From Rhizophagus irregularis (lineage: Eukaryota), in assembly GCF_026210795.1 (NCBI RefSeq), contig NC_089430.1, positions 806,001-870,000 on the forward strand: a stretch of DNA of 64,000 bases. Reading direction: 5' to 3'. A program made the translations under genes and the position numbers. Numbering within the stretch: the first letter of the stretch is position 1; every line of letters starts with the position of its first letter. Below are positions 59,484 through 64,000 of this stretch, one piece after another. Below the pieces are notes generated by a model. The model was not told the origin of the DNA. It worked only from the letters and a program-made list of their open reading frames with translations, and ran no database searches.

Positions 59484-62400
59484 CTACATCAAAATACTAG
59501 ATAGTGCAAACAATTCATATTTTTGTATTTAAAGAACAGTTATATTACGCACAAAAAATAGAGACTCGCAATGTTAGAATGATAAATAATTTCACGCAAG
59601 TCTTCTACTTTAACATAAGGTACGACTCATCATCTCAGAATATTGTTTTTTTAATGAAGGTTAACATCGTTGCATAGAAAATGTATATTACACTGCAATA
59701 AATTTCGTGTTTATTGCACCTATCTCACTAGAGACACTTTAGAAGATATGAAATATTCCGGTTATTTCGAATTTTCAGAAAACCTGTTACCAATGGTAAC
59801 GGGTTTTTGCCAAGAAAAATTTTTCATTAAACATGCGAAAATATTAACATCATACTAAAAGGATCCAAAATCACGTAAGTACGCCACATGGGTACTATAA
59901 GAGAATCAATCATCGTTTAATTTATTATCGTAACTAAAACTCATTGCAAACACTGCTTTATTCTAGTTAGGAAAAATAGGATGCACTTACGATCAGAAGA
60001 CATAGACACGTTAATCAGAAAGATAATTTCATTTGTGGAAATTCTACTACAAAGATTTTACGTGAAAATTCAGTCCCAAAATATATGTGGTCAGAGGCGC
60101 AAGCTGAGTAGTTGCCCTTATATTCTGATTTTGAAACCGGTTCCTACGCAAGATTTATTTTGCATAGAATTTATATAGAAATAGATTTACTGGTGGTTCT
60201 GTAAAATATGATTATGTATCGCAACAGACAATTGCATGCAATAAACTGTCACGATTATTATTTATTTATTTTTTTGTTGATAATTACTTGGTATACAGTC
60301 TGGTATATATAGTCTAAGTAGAACAATACATAAATTTTGTCTACGTGATGCATGTGAAGGGAGATATAAACATTTAGCACTAGTGCAACTCACACAAAAA
60401 CAAATTCAGATAGTTCTGTGATAAAGAATAATGTAAAATCGTTTATTAAGTTAATCATGTGTGTCCTTTGAGTAGCCTCTGACTGGTGCAAAGCATCGTG
60501 AAGTACATTTCTTTCTATGATGGTACTGTGTGATTCTCGGGATGGGATAATGTATACGATACAGAGTAACTTAAACTATCCTTTTGGAATTCTAAATATT
60601 CGACACATGGTTGACAATTTTCCTTCTAACTATTTGTTCCAGTTTTGTATCTCTTATAAAATGCGATTCAGAGTTATGTAATAATTTTTTTACCTGTAAT
60701 TCACGAATGCTTTATTTATCATTAAAAAATAAACTTGGTTCTATTAAGAATACGAAATACCGTAATCAAACCGATATATACCCAATTTGGTCAGTTTCTA
60801 TTCCCCCGTTTCGATTACTAAATATTCTGTGGCCGAAGCCTCTTTGCATACTCTTTTCCTCTTAAAGTTGTGATTCGTATATGATTATTGGGAAAATTGT
60901 CGGCAATAAACCTATTCCGTGGGAAAACAAATATCCGAAAAAAAAGTAGTTTTCATTGTGGCACAGGTAATCAGTAATCGTTGATCGTTTCCAAAAAGCC
61001 GTTACAAATGAATCCCGCAGCACAAAAAATTGCCCAACAACGAGACTGTGACCTTAGGGTCTCGGTTGCCTTATTAAAGTAAAACTGAGGTACAAATCTG
61101 GTAACGATCACATTGTGGCTTATGCCTTATGACTTATTTGTAGATTGCGTAGCAATTCTTTTTTTTCGAAAAGTTGTAATTTCCTAAATCTTGTATTATA
61201 TGGGATAAAAACTGTTTACTGTATTTTGAATATTGCAACATTATACCCCGTGTGGAAATCTTTCTAAGACGTGTTTCTTGTTTGGGTAGACTATTTTTTG
61301 TACCCATAGGCAGAAACATTTGCGACCAACAGCACTTTAACTGTATATGATTAATAGACAAAGCGATTACAAAAAGAAAATCATGTTTCCGATGAAATGA
61401 ACTACCTCACTACACTGAAGGAAGATAAAAGGTAGTATAAAAAGTAGTATTAATGTGTGGATCAGTCTCCTGCGGCTTCAGGTATAGTATATATTACCAT
61501 TATTTTTTCGTTTTTGTATGTACGGTATTTGTAATTAATGTTTATTAATCATAACACGATATTCTTATTAATAGCACAATCGATTTCATATGAAACGAAA
61601 CCACCTGAAAATCTACAATGAGGAACAAGAATATATAAAGAGTATTTGATGATTCATTGTTATCCGAAAAAAATGTTGAGAAGAAATTCGTTAACTATGT
61701 GTAGCAAGATTGGATTCTTGAAGAAAGAACTTGTATATAGAAACTTGTAAGTCACATATTAAATTTTTTTGTACCCGTTTTTTCATGATTCATTAATACA
61801 ACATACAACAATAGTGCATAGGCAACAGTTGTCAAGGACATAGTTGGAAAGAGAGATGATCATAGTATGCTGCTACGCAACCTTGGATTCCATTTTTTCT
61901 ACACATAATTAACGAAGTAACACTTAAAGTAGCTTTAGATAGTTCACTGAAACTGGGCAACATTGTCATCAGTCGGAAGCTGCTCGAAGAGCACATGTAA
62001 TATTTTATTTGTTCTCGTATTTTATATTTTTATGAGTTCCTGTCAGGATAACCTATTAATTTCCACCTCGCTCTTTTCTAAATGTCCACAACTAATAGAC
62101 ACAACAATAGTGTGAAAAAAATAAAGCTACTCATTTTTTATATTGCACAAAAATCCCCAATGTTTTTAATGACCAAATTCTCCCTAGTGAATGATTATCG
62201 TTATACCCCCTCTTTTTATTGTATTTTTCGATCTGGATGACAACACATTATCAAACGGCAATATACATGTTATTTCGTTTCGAATGAACCCCCATTTTAT
62301 AAGTTGACAGACGATAACTATTCTTACTTTAGCATGTACAGACATTAACCAATCCTTACAGTGTCCCCCCATTGACACTGCCTTTTCTTCGAAAAGTCCG

Positions 62401-63075
62401 TTGTACACCAGTAAGAATACCAGTGTCCATCTTTGAGCGATCAGCTAAACATCTGTACAAGAACGTAAAAACAACATTACTATCAACTATACACGTTGTA
62501 ACATCTCTCTAATTAACCGAAAATATGTGTATTACATAGATGCGTATTTTTAATTGGTTTTCTCATAGCGTTACAAAACCAAAGGTGAAAAATCACTATG
62601 CGTAGGACATAATTCTTGGTTTGGCTGGTCTTCGATAGTGATATGAATTGTGTTTAATTTAGTAATCGCAAACAATAGTCAACACTTTAAGTAGAACTGC
62701 ATTTAGTTTCGATTACTAAGAACAGACTCTGTATGTTATAGGGAGGGAAATCTTTGCAATTTCCAACAATGACACGAGGCTGTCAACTTTATTTTAGCAA
62801 ATAGCATGCAAAAGATTTTCCCACAATTTATGCCCAATGGTCAATGATGAACTACTAACCGATAAACAGGTAACGTTAATTCCAAACGAAATTATCATAA
62901 TTAGTAGTCAAGCATTATTTTTTCTTATCTGTTAATCTCGTACTCTAACATATAGTGCATCATTTAGTAGATATGAAATTTACTCTGTAAAAGCGTTGAA
63001 TATATTAAAATGTCAACCGTATAATAAACTACCATGCGCTATTGGTTGTGGTCCTATTGTTGTATAATCTGTATA

Positions 63076-63979
63076 CAGATGGTGGCCTAAATGATCCGGC
63101 CACTTTTTAATGCAAAAAGATTTACATACATATTATATATTAAAAATAAAATTTTAAGTTAAATATAATCATTACGTTTTTATTTATTAATTTAAATAAA
63201 AATTTAATAATAAATTCTATCTTTATTTGCAATAATGGCATCAATACTGAGATAGTATGCTATTAATGATTTTTAATAATATTCTAGAAAATTTTTTTTT
63301 CCATGTGATTTCAATATTCTTCCTAAGTACTCTTAACATAAAATTTAATAAGATATAGTAAGTATAATATTGTATAAGTCTTACATAACAATATTTTTTA
63401 TAATTATAGGATCTATGCAAATATAATTATTATGCAAGTTTTTGAAGCTTTGTAAGTTCATATAATTTAAATTTAAAAATAATCTAGTGATTGGATTTTC
63501 ATGATTTTAGATTTATTATATTTGTCTCATTAAGAGGATTATAATTATAATGATTTTGCAGTTGTAGAATTCAATCTTTGGCATGTAATTACACTTTTAA
63601 AAGTCTAAACATTAAATTTAAACATTTTCTACAATATCTTTTGTTTTTGATAATTGGATTTTCATAATTTTTGGCTCATTAGATTCGCCTCGTTGAGACG
63701 ATTCAGATGGTGGTAAATCCATGATTATCTGATCGATATTGACTGAATTACAATATTTTTAATCTTATAAATTTTTGTTGTGTAATTGTAAAAATTCATG
63801 CAGTAAATGGTTCCATATTTCCAAAAAAATTCTGAAATGATATGAAAGAATTGAAGTATGGAAATTTATTTTTTGTCATTATTAATACAAAATTATAAGT
63901 ATTTTATATCATATCAACATGTAATGATCTGTGTAATTTTGGCAAAATAAACTGGCCGGATTATTTAGGCCACCATCTG
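63076..63979. mobile_element. 904-bp non-autonomous Tc1/mariner-type element
   Basis: TA TSD; 27-bp TIR CAGATGGTGGCCTAAAT(G/A)ATCCGGCCA; no ORF. Confidence 0.9.
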
Positions 63980-64000
63980 TATTATTCTACGTTATTAACA

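Noticed and set aside
1..64000. tRNA, rRNA or snRNA genes and short antisense ORFs in the track
   Set aside because: No recognisable RNA gene by eye; the short ORFs opposite real genes lack motifs and are treated as shadows.

Overview
This is AT-rich eukaryotic DNA with short GT-AG introns, several Crinkler (CRN)-type genes, a kinase relic and dense nested transposons. That combination is most consistent with an arbuscular mycorrhizal fungus (Glomeromycotina, Rhizophagus-like); this is an inference. The main object is a large integrated element filling about 1-17960, whose left end lies outside the window. It encodes a Ty3/Gypsy-like Gag (capsid plus CCHC knuckle) joined by an in-register A-AAA-AAC -1 slippery site to a retropepsin-like protease. 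It also encodes an HTH protein, a membrane-anchored coiled-coil protein, a poxvirus-A32/Polinton-type packaging ATPase, a Polinton/Maverick-type integrase, PD-(D/E)xK nucleases and an F-box-like gene. No reverse transcriptase, LTRs, DNA polymerase or jelly-roll capsid is visible. It ends in a perfect 60-bp AGTAG...CTACT palindrome exactly where a Harbinger transposase is cut off. This copy is decayed (stop codons, a frameshift, two copies of a 200-bp MITE and a 3.85-kb TIR transposon with an unusual RING-bearing transposase). The rest of the window holds palindromic repeat arrays (19.9-28.6 kb), three hAT transposons (one apparently intact), MITEs, a 1.2-kb polyadenylated retroposon and four CRN-like genes or pseudogenes. 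All protein assignments are by motif recognition only; no searches were run.
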